Assembly (NCBI GenBank): GCA_963702095.1
Contig: OY969706.1
Location: 1,248,001-1,312,000, forward strand
Source: Candidatus Bathyarchaeota archaeon
Lineage (GTDB): Archaea > Thermoproteota > Bathyarchaeia > Bathyarchaeales > Bathycorpusculaceae
DNA: 64,000 nucleotides
Direction: 5' to 3'
A program made the position numbers and the translations under genes. Below the pieces are notes generated by a model. The model worked only from the letters and a program-made list of their open reading frames with translations. It was not told where the DNA came from and made no database searches. Position 1 is the first letter of the stretch, and every line of letters begins with the position of its first letter. This document shows positions 29,174 to 38,782 of the stretch, piece after piece.

Positions 29174-29809
29174 CTAATCGATAAGTAGCAGGGCGAATGA
29201 ATCCGCATTCGTAGTGAATGGGAACTGGAATGCTATGCCTGCGTTGGTTGCGGTTTTCTTTACGTTGACGCCTAACGCATCCTCAGACCATCTTGCAAGT
29301 TCCGGATGGCGGCAGACCTTGGTTTCCAAGTTGCATTTGTCGCAGAGTTGACAATGCCCCGAAACGAACGACACAGCTAAACTGTAGCCCTGTTTCATGG
29401 CAGCTTTCTCCAAATCCACCACGGACTCAAGCATCTTGCGTTTGTCGTCTTTCCAGTCTTGCCAGAATTTAGCAGCTTTCTCTTTGATGTCTTGGGGGGT
29501 GGTGGGGTCGGTTTCGTAGGTCATGAGGTGCTTGTAGACTTCGGGGTCGGCGGTAGCGTGGGTTGTGAACTTCATAAACATGGCGTAGCCGTATTCGCCG
29601 ACGATTCTGCGGAATTGCTCAGCTGTGGGCGTGTAGGGCGGGCAGGCAAGGGTTTTGCCGTATTGGTTGCAGCCTATTTTGCACTTCAAAACCACTCGGT
29701 CTTCAACCACGACTTTGCTGGCTGGAATAATTTTTGCGTCTGTTGCGCCTTTTTCGAGGGCTAATTTGACGAGAAACTGATATTTCTCAGCAGAATCTTG
29801 GGTTGCCAT
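29174..29809 (-). CDS. DUF2284 predicted metal-binding protein
   Basis: KCKIGCNQYGKTLACPPY, GHCQLCDKC, CRHPELARWSEDALG. Confidence 0.85.
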   Translation of the reverse strand: MATQDSAEKYQFLVKLALEKGATDAKIIPASKVVVEDRVVLKCKIGCNQYGKTLACPPYTPTAEQFRRIVGEYGYAMFMKFTTHATADPEVYKHLMTYETDPTTPQDIKEKAAKFWQDWKDDKRKMLESVVDLEKAAMKQGYSLAVSFVSGHCQLCDKCNLETKVCRHPELARWSEDALGVNVKKTATNAGIAFQFPFTTNADSFALLLID

Positions 29810-29880
29810 TCTAAATCACTTAATTCTGCTGGCTTGAGGGAGGCTGCTGATATAAACATTGGTCGAATGCAAAGCGGTTT

Positions 29881-30486
29881 TTATGTTGGATTTTCAGTTT
29901 TAGGTGTGTCTTTGGGCGTTTGCTTTTTTAGTTCTGCGATTTTGTGGTTAACTTCAATGAGCCGTTGCCGCATGTTCTTTATGTTTTCTGTGAGGTGTTT
30001 GCGGTGGGCTTCGAGGTTTTGGAGGGTTTGCTGGCAGGCTTCTTTGTCTTCGAGGAAGGGGCTAAACGGGGAGGGCATGTTAGGCAGTGGCGTTGCGGGT
30101 TCGATGTTTAGGACTTCTCGCGCGAATTCGCTGAAGAGGCCGCTGATGGTGTTGAAGATTTCGGCTTGTTTTACGATGGCGTGTTTTAGGATTGCTTGGC
30201 CTTGGGGGGTGATTTTGTAGACTTTTAAGCGGCGGTTTCTCTGGGTTTGCCATTGTCCTTTGATGTAGCTGCTTTTTTCGAGGTCACGCAGGATGGGGTA
30301 GACGCCGCCTGCGGTGGGTTGCCAAAATCCCTTGGTACGGCTGTCGATTTCTTTCATGATTTCATAGCCGTGGCTGGGTTTTTTGTTGAGCAATATGAGG
30401 ACGCCCATGCGGATGTAGCCTTTTTGGGCTTCTTTCATCCAGTTTGCGGTGGTTTCGTCTAATGGTTCGTGGCTGGGGGGTTTCAT
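29881..30486 (-). CDS. PadR family transcriptional regulator
   Basis: HGYEIMKEI..GGVYPILRDLE..KVYKITPQG; divergent from ABC exporter. Confidence 0.9.
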   Translation of the reverse strand: MKPPSHEPLDETTANWMKEAQKGYIRMGVLILLNKKPSHGYEIMKEIDSRTKGFWQPTAGGVYPILRDLEKSSYIKGQWQTQRNRRLKVYKITPQGQAILKHAIVKQAEIFNTISGLFSEFAREVLNIEPATPLPNMPSPFSPFLEDKEACQQTLQNLEAHRKHLTENIKNMRQRLIEVNHKIAELKKQTPKDTPKTENPT

Positions 30487-30509
30487 TGGTGATTCGGATG
30501 TATAGTGTT

Positions 30510-30545
30510 TATAAGTAATACTTATATTTTACCGCAATATATTGC
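30510..30545. promoter_or_regulatory. Two palindromes in divergent padR/ABC promoter (candidate PadR operator)
   Basis: TATAAGTA-A-TACTTATA (30510-30526) and GCAATATATTGC (30534-30545). Confidence 0.5.
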
Positions 30546-30563
30546 AATGAATAATATCTAAAA

Positions 30564-31601
30564 GTGGTCTCCACAATGGATAACGGTAACATAATCGAGG
30601 TAAAAAACTTAACCAAGATGTTTGGCAAATTCACCGCAGTCGACGACATATCCTTCGACGTCAAAAAAGGCGAAATCTTCGGCTTACTGGGGCCCAACGG
30701 CGCCGGCAAAAGCACCACGCTGCGTATGCTAAGCACCCTCTCCCGTCCAACTAAGGGCACAGCCAGTATCGGCGGCTATGACACCGTAAAACACGACACT
30801 GATGTCCGTAAACTCATTGGCATAGTGTCCGAGAAAATGATCATTTATAACCGCTTAACTGCTAAAGAGAACCTTTCCTTCTTCGGCAGCCTCTTTAACA
30901 TCCCCAAAGACGTCCTCTCAAAACGAATCGACGAATTACTTGAACTTGTCAACCTCACAAAATTCAAAGACGCACAGGTCGGCACGTTCTCAACTGGTAT
31001 GCGTCAGCGAATGAACGTTGTACGTGCGTTGCTTAACATGCCCCAGGTGCTTTTCCTAGATGAACCCACTTTGGGTTTGGACCCACAGTCATCGGTCGAA
31101 ATTAGAGAGTTCGTAAGAAAACTCAACCAAGAACAGGGAACCACAGTCATCATAACCACCCACATGATGCTTGATGCGGATTTGCTCTGTGACCGCATAG
31201 CTATTGTTGACCACGGAAAAATCATTGCGTTGGACACTTCGACGAATCTTAAGAAGATCATTTCGGGAGCAGACACTATGATCGTTAAGCTTGAAGTAGC
31301 AAACCTATCGCCTGACATGACTGCAGCCATAAAAGCACTCAAATGCGTGGACTCGGCAACACAGGACAACTCTACAACCCTGCATGTTATTGTACATGGA
31401 GAAGAAGCATTTGATAGTATAGTAGATATTGTGAGGAAAAGAAACGGCAAAATAACTTCCATGGCAAATCTGCAGCCCAGCTTAGAAGACGTGTTTCTGC
31501 ACATTACTGGTCATGAGGTACGTGACAGTGCTGACCAGAAAATCAAGCAGGAACATGGGCCTGGGCGTAGGTTTGGTGGAGCGCAAAGGAGAGTAAGGTG
31601 A
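30564..31601 (+). CDS. ABC exporter ATP-binding protein (DrrA-like)
   Basis: GPNGAGKST, FSTGM, LFLDEPTLGLDP. Confidence 0.92.
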   Translation: MVSTMDNGNIIEVKNLTKMFGKFTAVDDISFDVKKGEIFGLLGPNGAGKSTTLRMLSTLSRPTKGTASIGGYDTVKHDTDVRKLIGIVSEKMIIYNRLTAKENLSFFGSLFNIPKDVLSKRIDELLELVNLTKFKDAQVGTFSTGMRQRMNVVRALLNMPQVLFLDEPTLGLDPQSSVEIREFVRKLNQEQGTTVIITTHMMLDADLLCDRIAIVDHGKIIALDTSTNLKKIISGADTMIVKLEVANLSPDMTAAIKALKCVDSATQDNSTTLHVIVHGEEAFDSIVDIVRKRNGKITSMANLQPSLEDVFLHITGHEVRDSADQKIKQEHGPGRRFGGAQRRVR

Positions 31602-32791
31602 GAGATATGACCGTATCAACTGTTCTCAAACATAGCTTAAGAATCGCACAGAAAGACTTAACAGAGTTATTCCGCAACCGACTCGGCTTAGTGCTTTTAG
31701 TCGTTATGCCACTGTTCATGATGGTTATGGTCGGCTTCATTTACCCAACCAACGGCACCATTAGCAACCTGCAGGTCGGCGTCGTCAACGAAGACACTGG
31801 GTTCCATGGAGACACAAATGCAAGTCAAGGGTTCTTCTTTGGTCTTAACCAAATCAACGATCAAACCCACATGCTAGTAATGACTAACGTAACTACATTA
31901 GCGGACCTCAAAGACCAGGTGCAACGTGGAGCTTTAGAGGGCGGCATCGTGATTCCCGCCAACTTTAGCCAGAGCGTCTTATCTGGGCAACAGGGCACTA
32001 TCATCATAGTTAGCGACGAATCCAACCCGCAGATATCCGCCACCATACAGGGCGCCCTCAAAGGCGTCTTTGGCGTAATGAGCACACAACTCGCAATACA
32101 CAACGTGGCACCCCTCAACGCAACCAACTCACTCGCAGTGGTTCAGCCCTACAGCGTCCAAACCCAAGGCGTCATCAACGGCAACCCCAGCTACTTCGAC
32201 TTCATCGCCCCAGGCATTATGGCTATGACAGTGATGATGAGCGTCATGACGGGCTTACCAGTTGCGATTTCACAGGAAAAAGAAATCGGCACCATGGACG
32301 GCATGATGGTCGCACCCATCAACCGACTCTCAATACTGCTGGGCAAAACCCTGGCGCAGACAGCCCGAGGCTTAATCCAGGGTCTCATAATCTTGGCGTT
32401 GGCAATCGGCATCTTCGGAGTCGTCGTGCAGGGCAGCATACTGCTCGTGTTTGCGTTGCTACTGCTGGGAGTGTTTAGCTTCGTGGGCTTGGGTATCGTA
32501 ATCACGTCCTTCACTAAAGACCAAGAAACTGCACAGATGCTGATGATGACCTTGATGTTCCCAATGATGTTCCTTAGCGGAGTGTTTTTCCCCATACAGC
32601 AGATGCCAGGGTTCATGCAGACAATCGCGCATTTCCTACCCTTAACCTACGCAGCTGATGCACTACGCAAAGTCATGGTACTGGGCGCAGGCGTTTCACA
32701 GATCACCACCGAACTCATCGTACTCGTCGGCTTCGGAATCGTAATGATCGCAATTGCACTTCCAGTCTTTAGAAAGATGATGTCACGGTAG
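31598..32791 (+). CDS. ABC-2 permease
   Basis: EKEIGT, FLSGVFFP, PLTYAADALR. Confidence 0.9.
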   Translation: MRDMTVSTVLKHSLRIAQKDLTELFRNRLGLVLLVVMPLFMMVMVGFIYPTNGTISNLQVGVVNEDTGFHGDTNASQGFFFGLNQINDQTHMLVMTNVTTLADLKDQVQRGALEGGIVIPANFSQSVLSGQQGTIIIVSDESNPQISATIQGALKGVFGVMSTQLAIHNVAPLNATNSLAVVQPYSVQTQGVINGNPSYFDFIAPGIMAMTVMMSVMTGLPVAISQEKEIGTMDGMMVAPINRLSILLGKTLAQTARGLIQGLIILALAIGIFGVVVQGSILLVFALLLLGVFSFVGLGIVITSFTKDQETAQMLMMTLMFPMMFLSGVFFPIQQMPGFMQTIAHFLPLTYAADALRKVMVLGAGVSQITTELIVLVGFGIVMIAIALPVFRKMMSR

Positions 32792-32797
32792 GAGCGC

Positions 32798-32950
32798 ATG
32801 AAGATGAGCACACTTTGCAGCAAATGCCCCTTCTTTCAACTCCCCCCACTTTTAAAGCGGAAAAACTCTCGCAAACGCTGCCGTATCGAACCCCAACGCC
32901 AACTCCGCATCTACAAATGCAAAGACTTCCCAGAAAAACACAAACACTAA
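32798..32950 (+). CDS. Basic four-Cys micro-protein (50 aa)
   Basis: MKMSTLCSKCPFFQLPPLLKRKNSRKRCRIEPQRQLRIYKCKDFPEKHKH*; GGAG upstream; T-rich terminator after. Confidence 0.45.
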   Translation: MKMSTLCSKCPFFQLPPLLKRKNSRKRCRIEPQRQLRIYKCKDFPEKHKH

Positions 32951-32967
32951 GCCTTTTTTCGCCTTTT

Positions 32968-34388
32968 TTAGTCGCTTCCAACAGGTAACTCCACGGTAAA
33001 TTTTGTTCCTTTTCCAACGCGACTATCGAAAGTTATTGTACCACCCTGTGCATCGATAACTCTTTTACAAACTGCCAAACCAAATCCTTGACCTCTGGAC
33101 TTGGTGGTAAACAACGGTGTAAAAATTTTAGGCTTGATATTGTCAGGTATGCCAATTCCTGTATCTTCAACAATTAGCTGAACTTTTCCCTCGATTGATT
33201 CTTTACCTGTTACCGTGAGAGTTCCACCCTCGGGCATAGCTTGAATAGCATTATTTATCAAGTTAATGAGTACACGTTTTAGCAATTGAGGGTCAAGTGT
33301 TGACAGTTAAATTATCCTCAACCGCTAAAGTATATTTGATATTTGCGGGCACTTCTATTACGTGCATGGCGTTTAAAATCAATTGTTTCGCATTGACAAG
33401 CTCTTTTTTCACATCAACTGGTTTAACAAATGTCTGCAAATCTGAAACTATCTTATCCATATAGCTTATTTGATCTGCTATTGATTGGATGCTTTCTTGA
33501 ATGTTTTCTTTGCTTTGTCTGTCTTGAAGGGTTTTTAGTTCCTCTTCTATCAAGTAAACGTCACTAACGATTGATTGCAAAGGATTGCGTAAATCATGTC
33601 CAACCATTCCAGCGGTTTCCCCAATGCCAGCCAACCGTTCCTGATCTCTAAGCTGCTTAGTAATCGTTTTCAGTTGTATTCTCATTGTATTTAGTGAATC
33701 TGAAAGTTCCTCTAATTCATCGTTTGTGCCTGTTTTAACTTCGTGGTCAAAATCCCCGGTGCCTATAGTTTTAAATCCTTTGTCTAATTCTGAAATTGCT
33801 TTTAGTGTATGCCTAAACATAATGTAAATAGCTTGCAATCAGGTAAAATGCAAAAGCAATTAACAAAGCGATAATTAGAAAGATATTCGACTCATTGATT
33901 GTGTTGGTTTGATAATGTAGGGTTTGTGACAATTGTGTTGAATCACTTGAGAAGTTTTGGAACGAATCGGATAGTTGGCTCCAAATGCTTTGGAATTCCG
34001 GATTTTCTCTTACAGTTGTGTTTCGCGGTGTTTCTTTAAGATAATTGACGGTTACATTAAACGTGCTATCCACTTTTTGAACGTCAGACCAAAGAGTGTT
34101 TGAAATTTGATTTCGGTTGCTGTCTGTAGAATTCAACTGTGAAATATAGCTGTGGAGGGCTGTAATATTTGATTGCCAATCAGATAATTGTGAGCTTTGC
34201 TGATATAGGAAATAAGAATCTGCAATATGATTAAGATCGCTAATTCCGTTTTCTATATTACTTGCGATGGCATGGTCATTGGCTAGTATTGTTGCTTGCT
34301 GTTCTGTGTAAAAAATTGATATACTGATTATACCTAGTATTATGATGAATGTAGTGATTGTTATAATCAACTGGTTCTTTATTTTCAC
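32968..34388 (-). pseudogene. Membrane sensor histidine kinase (4-helix sensor, HAMP, HisKA, HATPase), two frameshifts
   Basis: MVGHDLRNPL; NLINNAIQAM, VEDTGIGI, GQGFGL; shifts near 33827 and 33297; AT-rich. Confidence 0.85.
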
Positions 34389-34794
34389 GATTGTCTGACT
34401 CTTAGTTGTTGAGAGTTCTTCTTAATTTCAGAGAGGCAGATGTTGCACTTTAACCTTTACGAAAATTAGGATGCGCTCATAACTAGCCGTATATACGCCT
34501 TAGCAGTAGATCAACATTTGTTTGTTGATGGAACTCTAAATCTATGGGCATGGTTGTGGAGTTAATCCCCGCTGGTGCATGCATTGCATCCACACCGTGA
34601 CCGCTTTAACATAGCCGCTTATTTTATAGCCAATAACCGCTTTGACTTGAAAGTTTACTTGAGCGCGATTTTGAAACTCTTGTTTTTCGGTTGATAAAAT
34701 ACATAGTGCATCCGAGGATCCTTGCTTGCCTTCGGATAGTTACTTCATCGGCACCGTTTGCCCTTCACATGTGCAGGCCGTTTCACCTCCAAAA

Positions 34795-34940
34795 CTACTT
34801 GAGGATTACGCCACAACCAGCCAGCAACCAAACCCAATGTAGAACCAAAAAAGCATCACCCCCAATCCACAGGAAGAAGAAGTGTATAGGGCGTTCCCTC
34901 TTCATTTAACACTAGAAAAACAAAAAAGCCCAAAATTTTG
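34795..34940 (+). repeat. Dispersed intergenic repeat family 2
   Basis: CTACTTGAGG..CCACAACCAGCCAGCAACC..CCACAGGAAGAAGAAG..ACTAGAAAAACAAAAAAGCCCAAAATTTT aligns with rc of 4248-4397. Confidence 0.85.
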
Positions 34941-35126
34941 ATAGAATGCCAAGAGCAACAGCTTTAGAAGCGAATCAGGCTCAGCACAAAAAGGCTAAAA
35001 CGCCAAATAAGCCTTAATTTGCATTTCCGACAGGTAGGCTGCGGCATTTGCGTTTTAACGTATATATCTGCATGTTAGCAATGGTTAAAAGCCTAATACT
35101 ATATCGCATCTCAAGAGGATATTTAC

Positions 35127-35771
35127 ATGTCTGAACGTTTCGCTAAAAAATGGGAAGCAAAAAGAGAAGGCGACTCCTTTAGCACCGCCATAAAAGAAAC
35201 AATTGTGCCTCCGCCACCGCTAAAACCACAGCTTGATTTTGCAGTCAGAAAACTTGACTTGCAAATCAACAAACTCGACCAAGCAAACGAACGGTTTACA
35301 CAAAAAGACAAGGCTCTCTTCGCTAAACTCGTCGACGCCTACACCAAACACGACCAAGCCCACGCCAACATCTACGCCACTGAACTAGCTGAAATCCGCA
35401 AAATGGGCAAACTCGTCATGAACGCCCGATTAGCACTTGACCAAGTATCACTGAGAATCAAAACTGTCTCTGAACTCGGCGACGTATGCGCTATGTTGGG
35501 TCCATGCATCGGCGTGTTGCGCAGTGTAAGCACCGGTTTAGGCGGCGTACTGCCTGAAGCAGAAAATGAACTCGGCGACATCGGCAACATGCTAAGCGGA
35601 CTGATGTTCGAAGCAGGCACAAGCAGCGGCATGTCACTGAACTTTGAAAACGTCAACGAAGACGCAGCCAAAATTCTCTCCGAAGCAGCAACTGTTGCAG
35701 AGCAACGTGTCAGCGCAAACTTCCCCGATCTCCCACCGGGAATGTCTGGCACAGACAAAACAAAAGCCTAA
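35127..35771 (+). CDS. cdvB: ESCRT-III / Snf7 family protein (CdvB paralog without C-terminal wH)
   Basis: PLKPQLDFAVRKLDLQINKLD..YATELAEIRK..LRIKTVSELGD..EDAAKILSEAATVAEQR..FPDLP. Confidence 0.85.
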   Translation: MSERFAKKWEAKREGDSFSTAIKETIVPPPPLKPQLDFAVRKLDLQINKLDQANERFTQKDKALFAKLVDAYTKHDQAHANIYATELAEIRKMGKLVMNARLALDQVSLRIKTVSELGDVCAMLGPCIGVLRSVSTGLGGVLPEAENELGDIGNMLSGLMFEAGTSSGMSLNFENVNEDAAKILSEAATVAEQRVSANFPDLPPGMSGTDKTKA

Positions 35772-35881
35772 CCTTCCTTCCTTTCTTTCTTTTTTATTTT
35801 CTCTGTCCTGATGCGAAACTTTACTCGCCAGTTCTGCGTAACGGTTATATTTCCAGAATAATCCCTACCTTTGGGATCTCA

Positions 35882-36013
35882 ATGGATACGCCACGTCTTT
35901 GCCCTGAATGCTACGTCGAAATGGAACTCAAATGCGACAGCAAAGGTCGTCCCCTCTATCATCAATGCCCCAAATGCGGCATGCTTATCCTCTTCACACA
36001 CTCAGGACACTGA
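35882..36013 (+). CDS. CPxCG-type Zn-ribbon micro-protein (43 aa)
   Basis: MDTPRLCPECYVEMELKCDSKGRPLYHQCPKCGMLILFTHSGH*; TATA (TTATAT) upstream, T-tract downstream. Confidence 0.7.
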   Translation: MDTPRLCPECYVEMELKCDSKGRPLYHQCPKCGMLILFTHSGH

Positions 36014-36044
36014 ATCCTCAAACATCTTTTTTCTTTTCTCGCGA

Positions 36045-36076
36045 GAACAGCCTGTTCTAAAGGTTGGACTTATATC
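36045..36076 (+). promoter_or_regulatory. Operator GAACA-N3-TGTTC plus TATA upstream of wHTH-TM regulator
   Basis: GAACAGCCTGTTC, 12 nt gap, CTTATAT. Confidence 0.65.
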
Positions 36077-36114
36077 TCCAAGCGTCGAATATTCTCCTCT
36101 GAGGGGTTTATTGC

Positions 36115-36561
36115 TTGAACGGAAGCAACGAAACAGAGCTAGAATACGCGTTACGGGGCAAAGCTTGGAAAGTTTATTGGTTTCTACTAAAAAACGGTAA
36201 TCCCGTTGGTGTCCGCGAGGTTCAGCGTGCCCTCCACTTCAGTAGCCCCAGCATAGCCTTCCACCATCTTGAACAGCTCCGTGAGTTGGGGTTGGTGCAG
36301 AAACAGGAGGTGGGCGGCCACTACGTTTTGGTTGGAGAAATCAAAATTGGCGTGCTTAGGCATTATGTGAAGTTGGGCAAGCTATTGTTTCCACGGTATT
36401 TCTTCTACGCTTTGTTCTCGACGTTGTTCTACCTGTTCTATTTGGCGCTTATGGTTCACAGTTTCACACGTGACAACCTCTTTATCCTCTCGTTTGGCGC
36501 CATTGTTTGCGCGGTATTCTGGTATGAAGCCTACCGCATCTGGGGTATGAGGCCATTCTAA
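36115..36561 (+). CDS. Winged-helix regulator with two C-terminal TM helices
   Basis: LRGKAWKVYWFLLK..VGVREVQRALHFSSPSIAFHHLEQLRELGLV; hydrophobic C-terminus. Confidence 0.85.
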   Translation: MNGSNETELEYALRGKAWKVYWFLLKNGNPVGVREVQRALHFSSPSIAFHHLEQLRELGLVQKQEVGGHYVLVGEIKIGVLRHYVKLGKLLFPRYFFYALFSTLFYLFYLALMVHSFTRDNLFILSFGAIVCAVFWYEAYRIWGMRPF

Positions 36562-36567
36562 ATGTTA

Positions 36568-36598
36568 GAACACCGTGTTCGCGGGCTTAGCATAAAAT
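36568..36598 (+). promoter_or_regulatory. Operator GAACA-N3-TGTTC plus BRE/TATA
   Basis: GAACACCGTGTTCGCGGGCTTAGCATAAAAT. Confidence 0.75.
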
Positions 36599-36619
36599 AA
36601 ACTCGCCCTATATGGTTGA

Positions 36620-38656
36620 TTGGAGAAAAAGTGTATGGTACAGAAAGAAGTCAAGCGGAAAACGAAGCAGTACGCCGTTGCAGCAGTGCTCAGTGCAATA
36701 GTGCTTGTTTCAATGGTTTACGTTTTCGGCGTTGCCCCAATCGTGTTTCCTTCTCAGGCGCCGTTTGCAGGGGCCATGAAAACTTTTTCTTCCACAATGG
36801 AAATCGTAAATTACCTCAATTCAAACTCAGGTAGCGGCACAGTTTTTGGCGGTGGACCCCTAGATAACAAGTTCTTCGGTGAACCAGCGCCCATGCCTGC
36901 ACCGGTTACTCAGGGCTCTAACACATTAGGCATCGGTAGTGACGGGTACACACCCCAATATGCTGGGGTTGGACCGGTCGAGTCTTTCTCAACCACTAAT
37001 GTTCAGGTTGAAGGCGTAGATGAAGCGGACACAGTGAAAACCGACGGTCACTACATTTACACCGCTTCTACCACACAGAACAGCAACTTCATGTATGAAG
37101 CTTTCTCGTCCTATCAAGTTAACGCCGTCTACATTTTAGATGCCACTCCAACTGACGCCAAAGTTGTTTCAAAGATTTCACTTGGCAACGAGACTGAACC
37201 CGCTGGGTTGTTTCTGAGTTCAGACGGTAACAAACTGGTGGTTTTAGCAAGCAAATACCAACTCTACGCTTTTGGCGCGGAACGTGGCGACGATATGACG
37301 CCCATGCTTCGAGCCTACTCAAGCAATGTCTATACCTACATCAACGTTTATGATGTTTCAGACAAAGCTGACCCTATTCTCACCCGTAACTTGACTGTCA
37401 GCGGCAGCTACTTTAACTCGCGCATGATCGGCAACGACGTCTACGCTGTGGTCAGTCAACCAGCGGTGGTTTACAATAATCTGGTAACTTTACCTGCAGT
37501 TTATGGGAGCCAAAATGCAGAGGCGGTGGCTTCTCCAAGCAGCATCTACTACGCTGACAGCAACGACACCAGCTTCACCTTCACAAGCTTCTACGGCATC
37601 GACGTAGCCGACGACTCAACCCAGTCCACGAACATGACAGTTATGATGGGTGGCGCAAGCACCATGTATGTTTCATCCAACAACATGTACATAACCTACC
37701 CAGACTACGACCAAAACTCAGGCAGTTACACAAAAATCTACCAAGTAGCCATCAACGGGTTACAGCTTAGCCTCCAAGCCGAAGGTAGCGTCCCCGGCAA
37801 CACCATAAACCAGTACGCAATGGATGAATACGACGGGTACTTCCGTATCGCCACTAACTGGTATGGCACCGACGGACAATTTAACAACGTTTACGTGTTA
37901 GACCCTGACCTCAACGTCACTGGCAAACTAGAAGGCTTAGCTCCCAACGAAAACCTCCACTCTGTTCGCTTCATGGGCGACAAATGCTACCTGGTCACCT
38001 TCCTACAAACCGATCCACTCTTCGTAGTTGACCTCAGCCAACCCAGTAGTCCCAAAGTGTTGGGTGAACTAAAAATCCCCGGTTACTCCGACTACCTCCA
38101 CCCCTACGACGAGACCCACCTCATCGGCGTAGGCAAAGACGCCGCAGACTCAGACAGAACCAACTTCGCCTGGTATCAGGGACTAAAGATTTCCCTCTTC
38201 GACGTAAGCAACGTAAACAATCCCGCCCAGTTAGCCAACTATAGCATTGGCGACAGAGGCACAGATTCACCCGTCCTCTCTGATCCCAAAGCGTTTCTCT
38301 TCGACAAATCCCAGAACCTGCTGGTTATTCCTGTTAGCTTGGCGTTGGTAAGTGAGGCGGATAAGCAGCAGTACGGCGCTTCAGCTTACGGGCAAACGGT
38401 TTGGCAGGGTGCGTACGTCTTTAGCATAAGCGTTGAGGGAGGCTTAACGCTCAGAGGCACCATAACCCATCTTGATCCGTCACTGTTGGGTAACAATGGC
38501 TATCTCCGCAACAGTTATGACTACTACGGCACCCAAAACGACTGGGTAACAAGGGCACTCTACATCGGCAACACACTCTACACAGTGTCCAACGCAGAAG
38601 TAAAACTCAACAACCTAAGCGACCTATCCACAGTCACCACGGTTACCCTAAACTAA
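36620..38656 (+). CDS. Secreted beta-propeller domain protein (Beta_propel family)
   Basis: STTNVQVEGVDEADTVKTDG, NQYAMDEY, VTFLQTDPLFVVDL, GELKIPGYSDYLHP. Confidence 0.9.
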   Translation: MEKKCMVQKEVKRKTKQYAVAAVLSAIVLVSMVYVFGVAPIVFPSQAPFAGAMKTFSSTMEIVNYLNSNSGSGTVFGGGPLDNKFFGEPAPMPAPVTQGSNTLGIGSDGYTPQYAGVGPVESFSTTNVQVEGVDEADTVKTDGHYIYTASTTQNSNFMYEAFSSYQVNAVYILDATPTDAKVVSKISLGNETEPAGLFLSSDGNKLVVLASKYQLYAFGAERGDDMTPMLRAYSSNVYTYINVYDVSDKADPILTRNLTVSGSYFNSRMIGNDVYAVVSQPAVVYNNLVTLPAVYGSQNAEAVASPSSIYYADSNDTSFTFTSFYGIDVADDSTQSTNMTVMMGGASTMYVSSNNMYITYPDYDQNSGSYTKIYQVAINGLQLSLQAEGSVPGNTINQYAMDEYDGYFRIATNWYGTDGQFNNVYVLDPDLNVTGKLEGLAPNENLHSVRFMGDKCYLVTFLQTDPLFVVDLSQPSSPKVLGELKIPGYSDYLHPYDETHLIGVGKDAADSDRTNFAWYQGLKISLFDVSNVNNPAQLANYSIGDRGTDSPVLSDPKAFLFDKSQNLLVIPVSLALVSEADKQQYGASAYGQTVWQGAYVFSISVEGGLTLRGTITHLDPSLLGNNGYLRNSYDYYGTQNDWVTRALYIGNTLYTVSNAEVKLNNLSDLSTVTTVTLN

Positions 38657-38782
38657 ACTTTCTCTTTTCTTTTGGAGAACCAGTTTTTCAACATTTTATG
38701 GCTGCTCTTTCCGCCAATAGGACCTACCCCTCTATAGTTTCTGCAATGAATTTCTAATATGATCCAAATATGATGGCTACTG

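Noticed and set aside
34540-34790. Hairpins and GGGCAAAC suggesting a c-di-GMP riboswitch upstream of the kinase
   Set aside because: The remaining conserved riboswitch elements are absent, and hairpins of this size arise by chance.
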